NCBI GenBank assembly: GCA_001587575.1
Contig: LNJC01000002.1
Coordinates: 9,418 to 73,417 of the forward strand
Source of the DNA: Candidatus Methanofastidiosum methylothiophilum
Lineage (GTDB): Archaea > Methanobacteriota_B > Thermococci > Methanofastidiosales > Methanofastidiosaceae
Length of the DNA: 64,000 nucleotides
Reading direction: 5' to 3'
The notes beneath the pieces are model-generated. The model was given only the letters and a program-made list of their open reading frames with translations, searched no databases and was not told where the DNA came from. The translations under genes and the position numbers were made by a program. The first letter of the stretch is position 1. Each line of letters begins with the position of its first letter. Below, one piece after another: positions 9,025 through 19,916 of this stretch.

Positions 9025-9321
9025 TTAAAAAACCTGTTTTTTCATATGTTCAGGTCTTGAAATAATGGTTTTTTCCTTATTTCCATCCATTATAGAAAGT
9101 AGATAAGCTGAACCTCTCTTTCCAACTACCTTTCCTGTTCTTCCGTGAAATCTTGGGAAGGGCATACCTTTGTGGACAGATGGTTCTAAAATAATGTGTA
9201 CTGAGTCTCCTACATCAAATTCCTGAAGGATTCTTGATACTGGAACTTTTCCTCTTGTTCTCACATCTTTTGTTAGTTTACCTCTTGTCTTGATCCTGAA
9301 ACCATGAGATTTTCTACCCAT
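9025..9321 (-). CDS. rpl21e: 50S ribosomal protein L21e
   Basis: 98 aa, basic, N-terminal [16 protein letters not shown] consistent with L21e. Confidence 0.85.
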   Translation of the reverse strand: MGRKSHGFRIKTRGKLTKDVRTRGKVPVSRILQEFDVGDSVHIILEPSVHKGMPFPRFHGRTGKVVGKRGSAYLLSIMDGNKEKTIISRPEHMKKQVF

Positions 9322-9323
9322 TA

Positions 9324-10526
9324 TTACACCTTCTCTTCAATACTAATTACATTTAGCAATACGCACTTTACATTCTTACCCAATAATTCTGCAATACTGG
9401 GATTCGTTCTCGCCTCATCCCCTGAGATAAGTTCTTTAATATAAAGTCCACCATCACAGTATATCTCTAGCGATGAGCAATTTTCCTTAGAGGTAAGAAC
9501 TTTATAAACCTTTCTAATTCTAGTTTTATCGGCTCTTCTATGCACAACTCTGTTTGGAGTTTCTTGATATATGTCCCGATCAATAAAAAATTCTTCAATT
9601 TTATTCTTTTCTTCTTCATTTAGACATACATCTATCTCTGCCAAGTATGTTTTTCTTAAGTGGGTGTTCTTTATTTTTTCTACAACTTCTTTTTCAACAA
9701 AACAAAGTTCTGAAATTTTTACTTTTCCTTCGTTCATTTTGTTTATTTCTTGTTCGAGTCTTTGAAGGTCAATATTCCTAATTTTTGGAGATTTTATCTC
9801 TAAAACAAAAGGTCTGCCATTTCCAAGCATCAAAACGTCGATATCTTCTCTACCTGCTCCATGAAAAGAGGAATCACTGCCTTTTGTTTCCTTTAAGAAT
9901 AGTTCAGTTATTAATTCCTCAATGCTCTCATCATACATTTTTCCTGTATTCCCGCATTTTGAGCAACCCTTGCCTTTACATCTTCTGCATAGCCATTTAG
10001 TCTGAGGGAGGCCTCTAACTAGCTTATTATATCGGCCATAAATAAATAATGGATTAATAAAATAATCAATTTTTGATTCATATGGATGAAGAAGTATTGT
10101 AACATCTTCTTTTTCTCTCTTGAACTCTTTTCCAATAATTGATCCTATCTTCTTACCAAGTTCCCTATTAAGTTCTTGTTTAATACTCTCTTGGTATTGA
10201 AGACAATATTTCTCTTTAAGCATCTCCTCTTTTTTCATAATTTCGTCAGGAATTTTAGTACCCGCATGAAAGGTGGCAAATTCAAAATCTGGAGAAATAT
10301 TATTTACAACTTCATCTGTTCTTTCAAAAATGTTGTCGCAAAGAAAACAAGGATTTTGAAGATCTATATCAGAGACTAATTCAGGATTCAAAGAAATCAA
10401 TAGATTCCTTATTATCTTACCTCGCCTTTCATTAGTAGATGTCGAAATTTTGCCGAACTGTCTTCCAAGGCAATGATTACAAAGAATATGTTCTTCTAGA
10501 ATTTCCTTGGATGTTTTTAGTATCAT
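9324..10526 (-). CDS. pus10: tRNA pseudouridine(54/55) synthase Pus10
   Basis: 400 aa. N-terminal Zn-ribbon cysteines (CNHCLGRQ...CFLCDN), a second cluster ([17 protein letters not shown]), and Pus10-type domain order. Confidence 0.7.
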   Translation of the reverse strand: MILKTSKEILEEHILCNHCLGRQFGKISTSTNERRGKIIRNLLISLNPELVSDIDLQNPCFLCDNIFERTDEVVNNISPDFEFATFHAGTKIPDEIMKKEEMLKEKYCLQYQESIKQELNRELGKKIGSIIGKEFKREKEDVTILLHPYESKIDYFINPLFIYGRYNKLVRGLPQTKWLCRRCKGKGCSKCGNTGKMYDESIEELITELFLKETKGSDSSFHGAGREDIDVLMLGNGRPFVLEIKSPKIRNIDLQRLEQEINKMNEGKVKISELCFVEKEVVEKIKNTHLRKTYLAEIDVCLNEEEKNKIEEFFIDRDIYQETPNRVVHRRADKTRIRKVYKVLTSKENCSSLEIYCDGGLYIKELISGDEARTNPSIAELLGKNVKCVLLNVISIEEKV

Positions 10527-10541
10527 GTAATCTTTATCTCT

Positions 10542-13346
10542 TTAAAGACCCTTAAAGGATTTATCAATTAATCCGTAGCAGATCTGCAACTTCTTTACAA
10601 TTTCGTGCTCTGTAGCAGAATCTTTATGGAAGGGTATGCTTTCGAATTTCTGAAGTAGTGCATTGTATTTGTTCTGGGCTTCCCATATCTTTGAAAGAAG
10701 AACTTCTTTGTCTCTATACATCTTAATAAATTCTGTACATCCTTCTTTTATCTCAATGATATCTCTTTCATACTGTATTTCATAGTCTATTTGCTTTATT
10801 AAATTCTGACATTGCTGTATTCTTTCTTTAAGAAGCTCTTGAGATTTCATATCTAATTCATTTTCAAACTGCTTGTAATTAGCAACTATATCTTTGTATT
10901 CACCTATCATCCCCATGACAAGTTCCTTATCTGAAGGCTCAACGTAGGAGTACCTTGTAATAAATCCACCAATCTTGTTCACAATTTTATCTATCTTACT
11001 CTGTACTATTTCTTTTTCAGCGTCTTTTATTCTATTACTAAATTCTGACATCAATGCTTCTATTTCAAGCCTCAACTGTTCGTCGTATTCCATTAATAGG
11101 CCCTGCTTTTCTTTTATCAATGTCTGATACTCGTCTTTTGCTTCTGCAGGATTTCTTAAGACCTGTGCAAAACTATATCTTTCAAGCAATCCTTTAATTT
11201 TTCTAATAAAGTATTGAAGCTCTTCTTCTTTTACTATCTCTGCGTGTTCTACTCTCTTCTTTAATCTTGCAAGTATTTGATCAATATCGTCTCTCTTGTC
11301 TTCGGCTATTATCGATAGAATCTCGTTTCTTGTCTTCATTAGATCTCTGTAAAGGTCACGCACCTCAAATAAGTTAGAATTAATATATCCCTGGTCAAAT
11401 TTTATGTCAAAAGTCTGTGCTCTTCTTAGAAGAATATCTATCTTTTGGAGTTCGTCTTCCTGGACGTCTTTTAATTTAGCGCTTATTTTTTCTATCTTTC
11501 TTTCAATCTCTATTTCTTGTTCTGAATTTGCAAAGACTATTATGTCCTCTTTATCTTTTAGAAGTTTTTGGAATTCTTCCTTTGCTTTTATTATATTATC
11601 CAGTATTTTCTCTTCGGTGAACTCTCCAATTTTCTTATTTAGATATTCTATAAATTCGTCAACGTAGCCTTTCTTGCCATCTTCTATTTCTTTTATTCTA
11701 TTGTCAAAGGCATTAAGATTAATATTGATGGCCTTTTCAAGTTCATAATCAATTCCAACAGGTAGATTTTTTTGCTCTCTTCTAAGGCTGTTGTAAAGTA
11801 CTACCGCTTCTTTTATGTTTGCATCTATATGTTCTTTAGGATATTTTTCCAGTATGGAAATAGTTTTCTGGAGAAAATCCTCTAATATTTTGATCTTAGC
11901 CTCTTCAGTTTTGATTACTTTTTCTTGGATTTCAGATAAATTACTTTCAATTACAATTTCAAGATCTGCAGGTAATTTCTTTTTTTCTTCAAGAAGTTTG
12001 TGATACATCTGCCTTGCTGATTCCAAATCTGTATTAATTTTAGAATAGTCAAATTCTTCCAATGCCTTGTAAGAATTTTCTAAAAAGTTCTCAAGTTCTC
12101 TTTTTTTAATCGCTTCTACATTCTTAACTCTCAAGTAAAGATCGTTTAGATTTTTCTCTATTTTTTTGCTTAATTCATTGGAAAATCTTGGATATAGCCT
12201 TTGCATATCCCTTGACAAAGCAACATAAGTTCTCTCTGCTTCAGATAAATTACCAGCAATATACTCTTCAGTGTATTTTTCAAGAGCCCTTCCAGTTCTA
12301 TCATAAACAAAAGATAAATTTTCAATTTCCCTTTTTTCTACATCCTCTATTCTTGAAAGAAGAGTGTCAATTGAGTTTTTAACTTTCTCTTCAATTTTAG
12401 AGTCAATTGTACCTTTCAAAGAATTATTTATTTTGCTATATTTTTCATAAACTGTTCTAGAATCCAATGGATTTTCTAGGATATACTGTTCAGTAAAAAT
12501 AGGGAGAAGCTTTTCAACTTCATCAAGTATAGTCAAGAGATCCATTCTTTTCTTATCTTCTATTTCCTTTATTCTCTGACTTAAAATTTTAAGATTATTA
12601 TCAATAAGTGTTACCCTTCCACCTTTTAGTTGCTTCTTCTTCTCAATTAAAGAAGCATAAATCTGCCTAGTCTCATCAAAGTTTTCTGTAATGTACTGGT
12701 CATTCAAATACTTATTTTTCTCTTCGATTTCTTTTAAGAATAGTTCGTAATCTTGTTTCAAGACATTCTCAGCTTTTTCTATTTTATCTTCAATATTTAA
12801 CAAATATTTTTTTATCTCTCCTTCAATCTCGGGAGATATATTTTTTGGAAGTTTTTTATTTTCAACATCAAGAAGCGAAAAAATCTCAAGCACTTCAGTG
12901 TAATTGTTAAGTATATACTCTTCGGTAAAAACCTCATCCTTGTTTTTTACTTTTCTTAGGAAATTAAGAAGCGTTAGCTCTTGTTCTTTTTCTGTCTGGT
13001 CTATTCTGTACTTTAGCTCTAATAAGTTTGAGTCAATTTTTTTCTGGATATCCCAGACTATGACTTTTAATTCATCTATCTCGTCATAGATTTTTTGTTC
13101 TTCTATTTCTGTTGTTTCTTTGCCACTAACAGTCTCAACGTTTTCTCTAATCTTTTGGAGTTTCTCTTCAAAATTTTCAATTTCCCACTGTTTAATCGAT
13201 TCAATATTATGTGATTTTAATTTCTCTAGATATTCTTTGTATCCGTCAAGTAACTTTGTTATTTCAAGGATTCTCTCTTCATTAGATGTTTCAACTTGAG
13301 AAATCCTCTCAGCCAATTCATCTATTTTTTTGTTTTCAAATGGCAT
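10542..13346 (-). CDS. Large (934 aa) internal-repeat alpha-helical/coiled-coil protein of unknown function
   Basis: About 12 tandem ~65-aa modules share the pattern ...LEKYt-EEYI-xN--EAxxxYxxLxxEKKxLP...NLxxIxxRIKxIEdxK. The protein is highly charged (E/K-rich), with no TM segment or signal peptide. Confidence 0.6.
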   Translation of the reverse strand: MPFENKKIDELAERISQVETSNEERILEITKLLDGYKEYLEKLKSHNIESIKQWEIENFEEKLQKIRENVETVSGKETTEIEEQKIYDEIDELKVIVWDIQKKIDSNLLELKYRIDQTEKEQELTLLNFLRKVKNKDEVFTEEYILNNYTEVLEIFSLLDVENKKLPKNISPEIEGEIKKYLLNIEDKIEKAENVLKQDYELFLKEIEEKNKYLNDQYITENFDETRQIYASLIEKKKQLKGGRVTLIDNNLKILSQRIKEIEDKKRMDLLTILDEVEKLLPIFTEQYILENPLDSRTVYEKYSKINNSLKGTIDSKIEEKVKNSIDTLLSRIEDVEKREIENLSFVYDRTGRALEKYTEEYIAGNLSEAERTYVALSRDMQRLYPRFSNELSKKIEKNLNDLYLRVKNVEAIKKRELENFLENSYKALEEFDYSKINTDLESARQMYHKLLEEKKKLPADLEIVIESNLSEIQEKVIKTEEAKIKILEDFLQKTISILEKYPKEHIDANIKEAVVLYNSLRREQKNLPVGIDYELEKAININLNAFDNRIKEIEDGKKGYVDEFIEYLNKKIGEFTEEKILDNIIKAKEEFQKLLKDKEDIIVFANSEQEIEIERKIEKISAKLKDVQEDELQKIDILLRRAQTFDIKFDQGYINSNLFEVRDLYRDLMKTRNEILSIIAEDKRDDIDQILARLKKRVEHAEIVKEEELQYFIRKIKGLLERYSFAQVLRNPAEAKDEYQTLIKEKQGLLMEYDEQLRLEIEALMSEFSNRIKDAEKEIVQSKIDKIVNKIGGFITRYSYVEPSDKELVMGMIGEYKDIVANYKQFENELDMKSQELLKERIQQCQNLIKQIDYEIQYERDIIEIKEGCTEFIKMYRDKEVLLSKIWEAQNKYNALLQKFESIPFHKDSATEHEIVKKLQICYGLIDKSFKGL

Positions 13347-13385
13347 AATAATAACACCAAGGCTATTTTATTATAGTAATATTTT

Positions 13386-14153
13386 CTATTTATTTTTGCT
13401 GTTTTTATATATTTCTGCAAGAGTTAGGAGGTATTCCTCCTCTGCAAAGTGCAACTCTGCCGGTATAACTAATGTATGGGGAGGTGGACCATAAAACTCT
13501 TTTTCAAATTTTGCCAATTCTTCCATATCTCCATATATAATTCTTTGATTTTCATGACTAATTCTTGAGATTACCACTATATCTTTAATATTATTATTTT
13601 CATCAAGTCTTTTTAATATATCTATTGCTTCCTTAGGATTCATAAAAAGATTTTTCTCCTTTTTCACATCGAGCAAAAGCATTGTATGTAGATTTCTTTC
13701 TTTATTCTCAATTGTAACATCATAAAAACTCCTTGGAAAGAAGTTTTCTTCAGGGTACGGTATACTTGCAGTTTTCCCAAATCTATAAATGTGGAGGCCT
13801 GTTTCAGCAATGGCGGAATAAATGGAAGATGAATGAAGTACTTTTGTTTGAATTCCTTTTTTATTTGCTCTTAAGAGTATGTCTGTATGAGTTGTTGCAA
13901 CAAGGGGGTCTCCTGAAACTAGAAGTGCAACATCTTCCTTTTTTGCAGTCTCTAGAAATAAAGGATTTTTTTCTATATCTTCTCTTGAAAGAGGCGATAC
14001 TTTTTTGTTCAGCGAATTTTCTAACCACAGAAGATCAAAATCAAAATAATTGGTATAGGTATCCAAGTAAATATTATCGATTTTAGTTAAGAGTTCAAAG
14101 GCTTTAAGTGAAATCTCTTTTTCTGAAAGCCCTAAGCCTATAAGGTATAACAT
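13386..14153 (-). CDS. dphB: Diphthine synthase
   Basis: N-terminal MLYLIGLGL and tetrapyrrole-methylase-like fold pattern. 255 aa. Confidence 0.8.
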   Translation of the reverse strand: MLYLIGLGLSEKEISLKAFELLTKIDNIYLDTYTNYFDFDLLWLENSLNKKVSPLSREDIEKNPLFLETAKKEDVALLVSGDPLVATTHTDILLRANKKGIQTKVLHSSSIYSAIAETGLHIYRFGKTASIPYPEENFFPRSFYDVTIENKERNLHTMLLLDVKKEKNLFMNPKEAIDILKRLDENNNIKDIVVISRISHENQRIIYGDMEELAKFEKEFYGPPPHTLVIPAELHFAEEEYLLTLAEIYKNSKNK

Positions 14154-14279
14154 CTATAAGGTAATTGTGATTTAAATATAAAAGATTTTAGATATGGACC
14201 TAAAGTTTTTTCTAAAATAAATAGAAGTATTCTTGTAAATTTATTTTAAATTGGAAAATATAATAAAAAAAGAATTTAA

Positions 14280-15626
14280 TTAATATCTTAGATATTTCTG
14301 GAACTCCCAGTCGGTAACATACATTGAATATTCTTCCCAAACTTTTTTCTTGTGTTCAATGTATTTTGTGGATATGTGTTTACCTAATGAATCTCTTATC
14401 ACTTTGTCTTTTTCAAGTTCCTTTATAGCTTCACCTAGATTAGCGGGCAAAGTTTCTATTCCTCTTTCCTCTAGCTCTGCTAATGACAATTCGAATAAGT
14501 CATAGTCTACCGGCTCAGGTGGCTCGATTTGATTTTCAATTCCATCCATTCCTGCTTTTAACATTGCTGTAAATGCTAAGTAAGGATTACATGTTGGGTC
14601 AGGTGATCTAAATTCTATTCTCAATGCTTTTTCGTTAGTTGGATCGTATCCAGGTAATCTTACTAAAGCTGTTCTGTTTGCCCATCCCCATGCAATATAT
14701 ACTGGTGCTTCGTATCCTGGAACTAATCTCTTGTAAGAGTTTACGGATGGAGAACAAATAGCAGTAAGCGCTTTGGCATGTTTTAAAATTCCGCCTATGT
14801 ACCATCTACCTTTGTCAGATAAATTCTTTGTCTTTGGATCATAGAATAAGTTTCTTCCGTTTTGGAATACACTTTGGTGGCAGTGCATACCGTTCCCTGC
14901 TTGACCATAGAAGGGCTTCGGCATGTATGTAACTACAAGTCCTTCTTTAGCAGCTATGTTCTTTACGACCTGTTTGTATGTGATTACATCATCAGCTGCT
15001 TCAAGAGCGCTTTCTTTAAATCTGAAGTCAATTTCATGCTGCCCCGCTCCTACTTCGTGGTGAGTAATCTCACTTTTTACCCCCATCATTTGCATGTAGA
15101 GTCCAGCTTTGTTCCTTATTTCTTCTCCTAAGTCGAGAGGTGAGAAATCGGCATAACCTCCCGAATCATGTGGTACAAGTTTCCCATTTTCTTCTTTTAA
15201 TAAGTGGAATTCTATCTCTGGACCAACATAAAACTCCATTTTATCTTCTGCAAGCTTCTGTATTTCTTTTTTCAAAAGACTTCTTGGATCGCCCTCAAAA
15301 GGCTTTAATGTTGTTGGATAACATACATCACAAATTATTCTTGCTTCATCAAGCCAGGGAATTATTTTAAATGTATTAGGATCGGGCATCAATACACTAT
15401 CACTGTGGGATATGTCTGTAAATCCCTTAATAGAAGAACTGTCAAATCCCATTCCAGATTCAAATATAGAGTCTATTAGATCTACCGATGTTGAGAAGTT
15501 CTTGGGTATACCAAGCATGTCCACAAACTGCAATCTTATGTATTTTATGTTCTTTTCCTTAATTATTTTTTTTACCTGCTCTTTGTCCATTTTATTCCTC
15601 CAATAATATTTTTTATATTTACCCAT
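14280..15626 (-). CDS. glnA: Glutamine synthetase type I. The true start is possibly the internal Met (MDKEQV...) at ~15590.
   Basis: GS beta-grasp N-terminal domain and catalytic motifs (e.g. MPKPFYGQAGNGMHCHQS; NPYLAFTAMLKAGMDGI). Confidence 0.9.
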   Translation of the reverse strand: MGKYKKYYWRNKMDKEQVKKIIKEKNIKYIRLQFVDMLGIPKNFSTSVDLIDSIFESGMGFDSSSIKGFTDISHSDSVLMPDPNTFKIIPWLDEARIICDVCYPTTLKPFEGDPRSLLKKEIQKLAEDKMEFYVGPEIEFHLLKEENGKLVPHDSGGYADFSPLDLGEEIRNKAGLYMQMMGVKSEITHHEVGAGQHEIDFRFKESALEAADDVITYKQVVKNIAAKEGLVVTYMPKPFYGQAGNGMHCHQSVFQNGRNLFYDPKTKNLSDKGRWYIGGILKHAKALTAICSPSVNSYKRLVPGYEAPVYIAWGWANRTALVRLPGYDPTNEKALRIEFRSPDPTCNPYLAFTAMLKAGMDGIENQIEPPEPVDYDLFELSLAELEERGIETLPANLGEAIKELEKDKVIRDSLGKHISTKYIEHKKKVWEEYSMYVTDWEFQKYLRY

Positions 15627-15753
15627 TTGTCTAGGTATTTGATAGAAAAGAGAAGTATCATCTACTATTTAATACTTACTGTTTTATAATGGCTAATTTA
15701 GGTCTAATAAGGACTAAAAAAAAGAAAAAGTGGCCTAAAATAATCAAAAAAAA

Positions 15754-16356
15754 TTAGGTAATAAAGAGTAACTCGTCTCTCCAGTCATCCCGGATTCTTC
15801 CATTTTTAATGTTTAACATAGGCATGTAGTTGTGGAAGAATCTTATTGGATCTGAAAGTCTTATTGTTTGTACGTCTTCAATAGAGTCAGGTCCGTGGTT
15901 CTTCTTTAAAGAAGGAACGATGATTTTATTGAAGTTTTCGACGATGTCTTCGTCTCTTTCTCCTTCAAGAATCATTACAAGAGCAACCCTTCCATCAACT
16001 TCTGCAAGGAAAGATTGGTATATATGCTCTGTAAAGACGGTCCTTACGTTGTTTTCTTCATTGATTTCACGAATAAATTGAGTATAAGGTAGACCAAGTT
16101 TAAATTTTATTAGATAGAGATGTCTGGCATTTATTTTCCCAATACCCGATTTGTCTAGGTTAACATTTAGATAATAATGTATTATTCCCTCTTCTTCTAA
16201 TTTTTTCCTTTTCCTGTATACGGTTCTTACAGGAACTCTAGTTGCTTTGCTTATTTGATTATCGCTGCTTCTGGGGTTTCTTATTAAGGCTTTGATGATT
16301 AACTTTTCTTGTTCATCTATAGTTCTTCCCCTTAGAATACATATATCTTTTACCAT
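15754..16356 (-). CDS. Winged-HTH transcriptional regulator (Lrp/AsnC-like N-terminal domain)
   Basis: N-terminal EQEKLIIKALIRNPRSSDNQISKATRVPVRTVYRKRKKLEEEGII fits the AsnC-type HTH. It is divergent from glyA and sits next to glnA. Confidence 0.5.
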   Translation of the reverse strand: MVKDICILRGRTIDEQEKLIIKALIRNPRSSDNQISKATRVPVRTVYRKRKKLEEEGIIHYYLNVNLDKSGIGKINARHLYLIKFKLGLPYTQFIREINEENNVRTVFTEHIYQSFLAEVDGRVALVMILEGERDEDIVENFNKIIVPSLKKNHGPDSIEDVQTIRLSDPIRFFHNYMPMLNIKNGRIRDDWRDELLFIT

Positions 16357-16529
16357 AGTAATTCCTCTATTTCTTGCCAGATTATTATATTATTCTACCT
16401 AATAAGTATATAAAATTATCTATTATGAAATATTATTGCCATAAAAAAGAAATATGCGAATAGCTATAGATAGATTGACAGCAAAATATTTATAAGAGAT
16501 TTAGGATTTGTAGTCATAGTCGTGATTAT

Positions 16530-17762
16530 ATGAAATCTTTGGATCAAGTTGATATTGAAATTTTTAATGCTATTGAGGATGAAAAAACTCGTCAAAACGA
16601 AGGACTTGAACTTATAGCAAGTGAGAATTTTACAAGTAATGCGGTCCTTGAAGCACAAAGATCCGTTATGACAAATAAATATGCCGAAGGATATCCTGGA
16701 AAAAGATATTATGGCGGATGTAAATTTGTTGATGTTGCAGAAACTTTAGCCATTGAAAGAGCAAAAAAACTTTTCAAGGCAGACCATGCAAATGTGCAAG
16801 CACACTCAGGAACACAAGCTAATATGGCAGTTTATTTTGCATGTTTAGAAGTTGGAGACACAGTTCTCGGGATGGACCTTTCATGCGGAGGGCATTTGTC
16901 GCACGGGTCTCCAGTTAATTTTTCTGGTAAATTTTACAACTTTGAATTTTATGGCGTTAATAAGAATACATATAGAATTGATTTGAATGAAGTAAGGCAA
17001 AAGGCTCACGAATTAAAACCCAAACTAATTGTGACTGGAGCAAGCTCTTACCCTAGAGAGATTGATTTCAAAGGATTTAGAGAGATTGCAGACGAAGTAG
17101 GTGCCCTTTTGATGGCCGACATGGCACACATAGCAGGACTTGTAGCATGTGGATTACACAACTCTCCAATTCCTTACTGCGATTTTGTAACATCCACTAC
17201 TCACAAAACTCTAAGGGGACCAAGAGGAGGATTAATTCTTTGCAGAGAAGAGCACAAAAAAGCAGTCGATAAAGCCGTATTTCCATTTGCCCAAGGTGGC
17301 CCTATGATGCACACAATTGCTGCAAAAGCAGTATGTTTCAAAGAAGCTATGGGAGAAGACTTTATCAATTACCAGAGACAAATTGTTAAGAACTGTAAAG
17401 TTCTATCTGATGAACTATTATCTTTGGGATATGAACTTATCACAGGTGGAACTGATAATCATCTGCTATTACTGGATTTAAGAAAAAATAACATAACTGG
17501 TAAAGAAGCCCAGGAATTATTGGAAAGTGCCGGAATCACAGCAAATAGAAACGTAATCCCTTACGATCCAAAACCTCCAAACGTTACATCTGGCCTTAGA
17601 ATCGGAGTTCCCGCAATAACTTCTAGAGGGATGAAGGAACAAGAAATGAAACAGATAGCAGGAATGATTCATAGAGTTCTCCAGAAGAAGGACGATTGCG
17701 CACCGGAAAAAGTAAGGGCGGAGGTAAGGGATCTCTGCAAAAAATTCCCCATTAATCTATGA
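16530..17762 (+). CDS. glyA: Serine hydroxymethyltransferase
   Basis: PLP-lysine motif [14 protein letters not shown] and SHMT-wide conservation (ELIASENF). Confidence 0.9.
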   Translation: MKSLDQVDIEIFNAIEDEKTRQNEGLELIASENFTSNAVLEAQRSVMTNKYAEGYPGKRYYGGCKFVDVAETLAIERAKKLFKADHANVQAHSGTQANMAVYFACLEVGDTVLGMDLSCGGHLSHGSPVNFSGKFYNFEFYGVNKNTYRIDLNEVRQKAHELKPKLIVTGASSYPREIDFKGFREIADEVGALLMADMAHIAGLVACGLHNSPIPYCDFVTSTTHKTLRGPRGGLILCREEHKKAVDKAVFPFAQGGPMMHTIAAKAVCFKEAMGEDFINYQRQIVKNCKVLSDELLSLGYELITGGTDNHLLLLDLRKNNITGKEAQELLESAGITANRNVIPYDPKPPNVTSGLRIGVPAITSRGMKEQEMKQIAGMIHRVLQKKDDCAPEKVRAEVRDLCKKFPINL

Positions 17763-18613
17763 CAGCAAAAATCCTCGATGGCAAGGCTTTAGCACTAAAA
17801 GTTACAAATGAACTTTCAGAAATAGTTGCAGACTATAAAAAAAGAGGCCTTTACCCTAAATTGGCAACTGTTTTAGTGGGCAGTGACCCTGCATCTAGAG
17901 TATATGTCAATCTAAAAAAGAAAGATTCAGAGAAGATAGGAATTGATTATGAAGAATTTTATTATGATGATATTTCTGAAGAAGATCTTCTTTTGTTAAT
18001 TGATAAATTAAATAATAGGGCAGACATCCATGGAATTCTTGTTCAGCTACCTTTACCTAAACATATTGATACCAACAAAATATTGGAAAAAATTGATCCA
18101 TTGAAAGATGTCGATGGATTTAATCCACTTAACGTTGGCAGAATTCTTCTAAATATTTCGGATTTATTTCCCTGTACCCCAAAAGGCGTAGTTAAGATAT
18201 TAGACGAATATAATATACCTATAGAAGGCGCTGATATTACTATAATTAACAGAAGTAACATCATTGGAAAACCTTTAGCGGCTATGATGATTAATCGTGG
18301 AGGAACAGTTACTGTAGTTCACACTAAAACAAAGAATTTGAAAGAAAAGGTAAGAAATGCAGACATAGTCATTGTGGGAGTTGGGAAAACAGATTTTTTA
18401 ACTTCTGATATGGTAAAAGAAGGAGCAGTAGTTGTTGACGTTGGCATAACTCGTGAAATAGATGGCATCAAGGGTGATGTAAAATATGACGAGGTCAGTA
18501 AAAAAACATCATATATTACTCCTGTCCCAGGTGGAGTAGGGCCTATGACAAGGGCGATGCTTCTGGAAAACCTTATAATCTGCTTCTTAAAACAGAACGA
18601 CTGTGCAAGATGA
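17759..18613 (+). CDS. folD: Bifunctional 5,10-methylene-THF dehydrogenase / methenyl-THF cyclohydrolase
   Basis: FolD motifs ([10 protein letters not shown]; DVDGF; PCTP; [10 protein letters not shown]). Confidence 0.9.
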   Translation: MTAKILDGKALALKVTNELSEIVADYKKRGLYPKLATVLVGSDPASRVYVNLKKKDSEKIGIDYEEFYYDDISEEDLLLLIDKLNNRADIHGILVQLPLPKHIDTNKILEKIDPLKDVDGFNPLNVGRILLNISDLFPCTPKGVVKILDEYNIPIEGADITIINRSNIIGKPLAAMMINRGGTVTVVHTKTKNLKEKVRNADIVIVGVGKTDFLTSDMVKEGAVVVDVGITREIDGIKGDVKYDEVSKKTSYITPVPGGVGPMTRAMLLENLIICFLKQNDCAR

Positions 18614-19916
18614 TTTTTTAGAGTCGTTAAAACTTATTGGTTCTAAACCCGGACTTGAACGATTAAATTCTAAACTTGGCCTAGAAAGAATAAGATATCT
18701 TCTTGAGAAAAGCGGAACAGAATGGGAAGATATCCCGGTAGTTCATATAGCCGGAACCAATGGAAAAGGGTCAGTTGTTACTTTTATTTCAAATATATTG
18801 GCACAATCTAACTACAAAGTAGGATCTTATATTTCACCTCATCTAATTGATATATATGAAAGGATAAAAATCAATGACAATAATATTCCTTCAAAAGATT
18901 TTGATAAAATCCTTTCAGAATTAAAATATTACTGCCAAGAAGCAGAGAAATTAAAGGAAATTGGTAGCCCTACTTTTTTTGAAGTTCTAACAGCTATTTC
19001 AATAATATATTTTGTCCAAAAAAAAGTTGAGGTAATAGTATCTGAAGTCGGCCTTGGAGGTAGACTTGACGCGACTAATGTATTAAATGGCAAAGCAATC
19101 GCAATTACAAATATATCACTTGACCATCAAGAAATATTGGGGAACAGTAAAGAAGAAATATTAACTGAAAAAGCAGGAATAATCAAAAAAGGCTCAGTAG
19201 TTTCTTCTTGTATTGATTTGGATTTGGCAACTCTACTTCAAAATCTCTGCATTGAAAAAGAGGCTAGACTAAAACTATTTACCAAAGATTTTAGGGTAAT
19301 TGAGAAACAAATTAGTTTCGATGGGTCTGTTTTTGACTATTTTTCTGACCACAACAATTTCAAAGATATTAAACTAAAAATGATTGGAAGGCATCAAATA
19401 GCAAACGCTGCATGTGCAATCAGTCTCGCAGAATCTATGTCTTACTTTGGGCTCCATCAAATAACAGAGGAATCAATCAGAAAAGGGCTTGAAAAATCAA
19501 TATGGCCGGGAAGGTTTCAGGTATTGAAAAAAAGTCCAATGATTATGGTGGACGTTGCACATAATGTAGACGGTGCAAAATCTCTTTCAGAAACTTATAA
19601 TAGTTTATTTAAGGATTCAAATACACTTTTACTTGTTGGGATATCTCAAGACAAAGATATTGAAGGAATTCTTAAAGAATTGTCTAAGATATCGAAAAGA
19701 ATAGTATTGACAACTATACCCCCAAGATGTGCCAATATTGGCACTCTTGAAGAAAAAGCAAAGAAATATTTCAAAGATATAAGATCATTTGAAGACCCGC
19801 TTAAAGCTTATGACTATTGTAGGTCAAACCTTAAAAAACATGATAAATTAATCATCACGGGGTCCATATACGTGGCGGGGTATATATTGAAAGGAAGGAA
19901 ATTACTTGGCAGTTGA
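18603..19916 (+). CDS. folC: Folylpolyglutamate synthase / dihydrofolate synthase (Mur-ligase family)
   Basis: Mur-ligase P-loop HIAGTNGKGS, ~437 aa. Context is between folD and fhs. Confidence 0.75.
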   Translation: MQDDFLESLKLIGSKPGLERLNSKLGLERIRYLLEKSGTEWEDIPVVHIAGTNGKGSVVTFISNILAQSNYKVGSYISPHLIDIYERIKINDNNIPSKDFDKILSELKYYCQEAEKLKEIGSPTFFEVLTAISIIYFVQKKVEVIVSEVGLGGRLDATNVLNGKAIAITNISLDHQEILGNSKEEILTEKAGIIKKGSVVSSCIDLDLATLLQNLCIEKEARLKLFTKDFRVIEKQISFDGSVFDYFSDHNNFKDIKLKMIGRHQIANAACAISLAESMSYFGLHQITEESIRKGLEKSIWPGRFQVLKKSPMIMVDVAHNVDGAKSLSETYNSLFKDSNTLLLVGISQDKDIEGILKELSKISKRIVLTTIPPRCANIGTLEEKAKKYFKDIRSFEDPLKAYDYCRSNLKKHDKLIITGSIYVAGYILKGRKLLGS

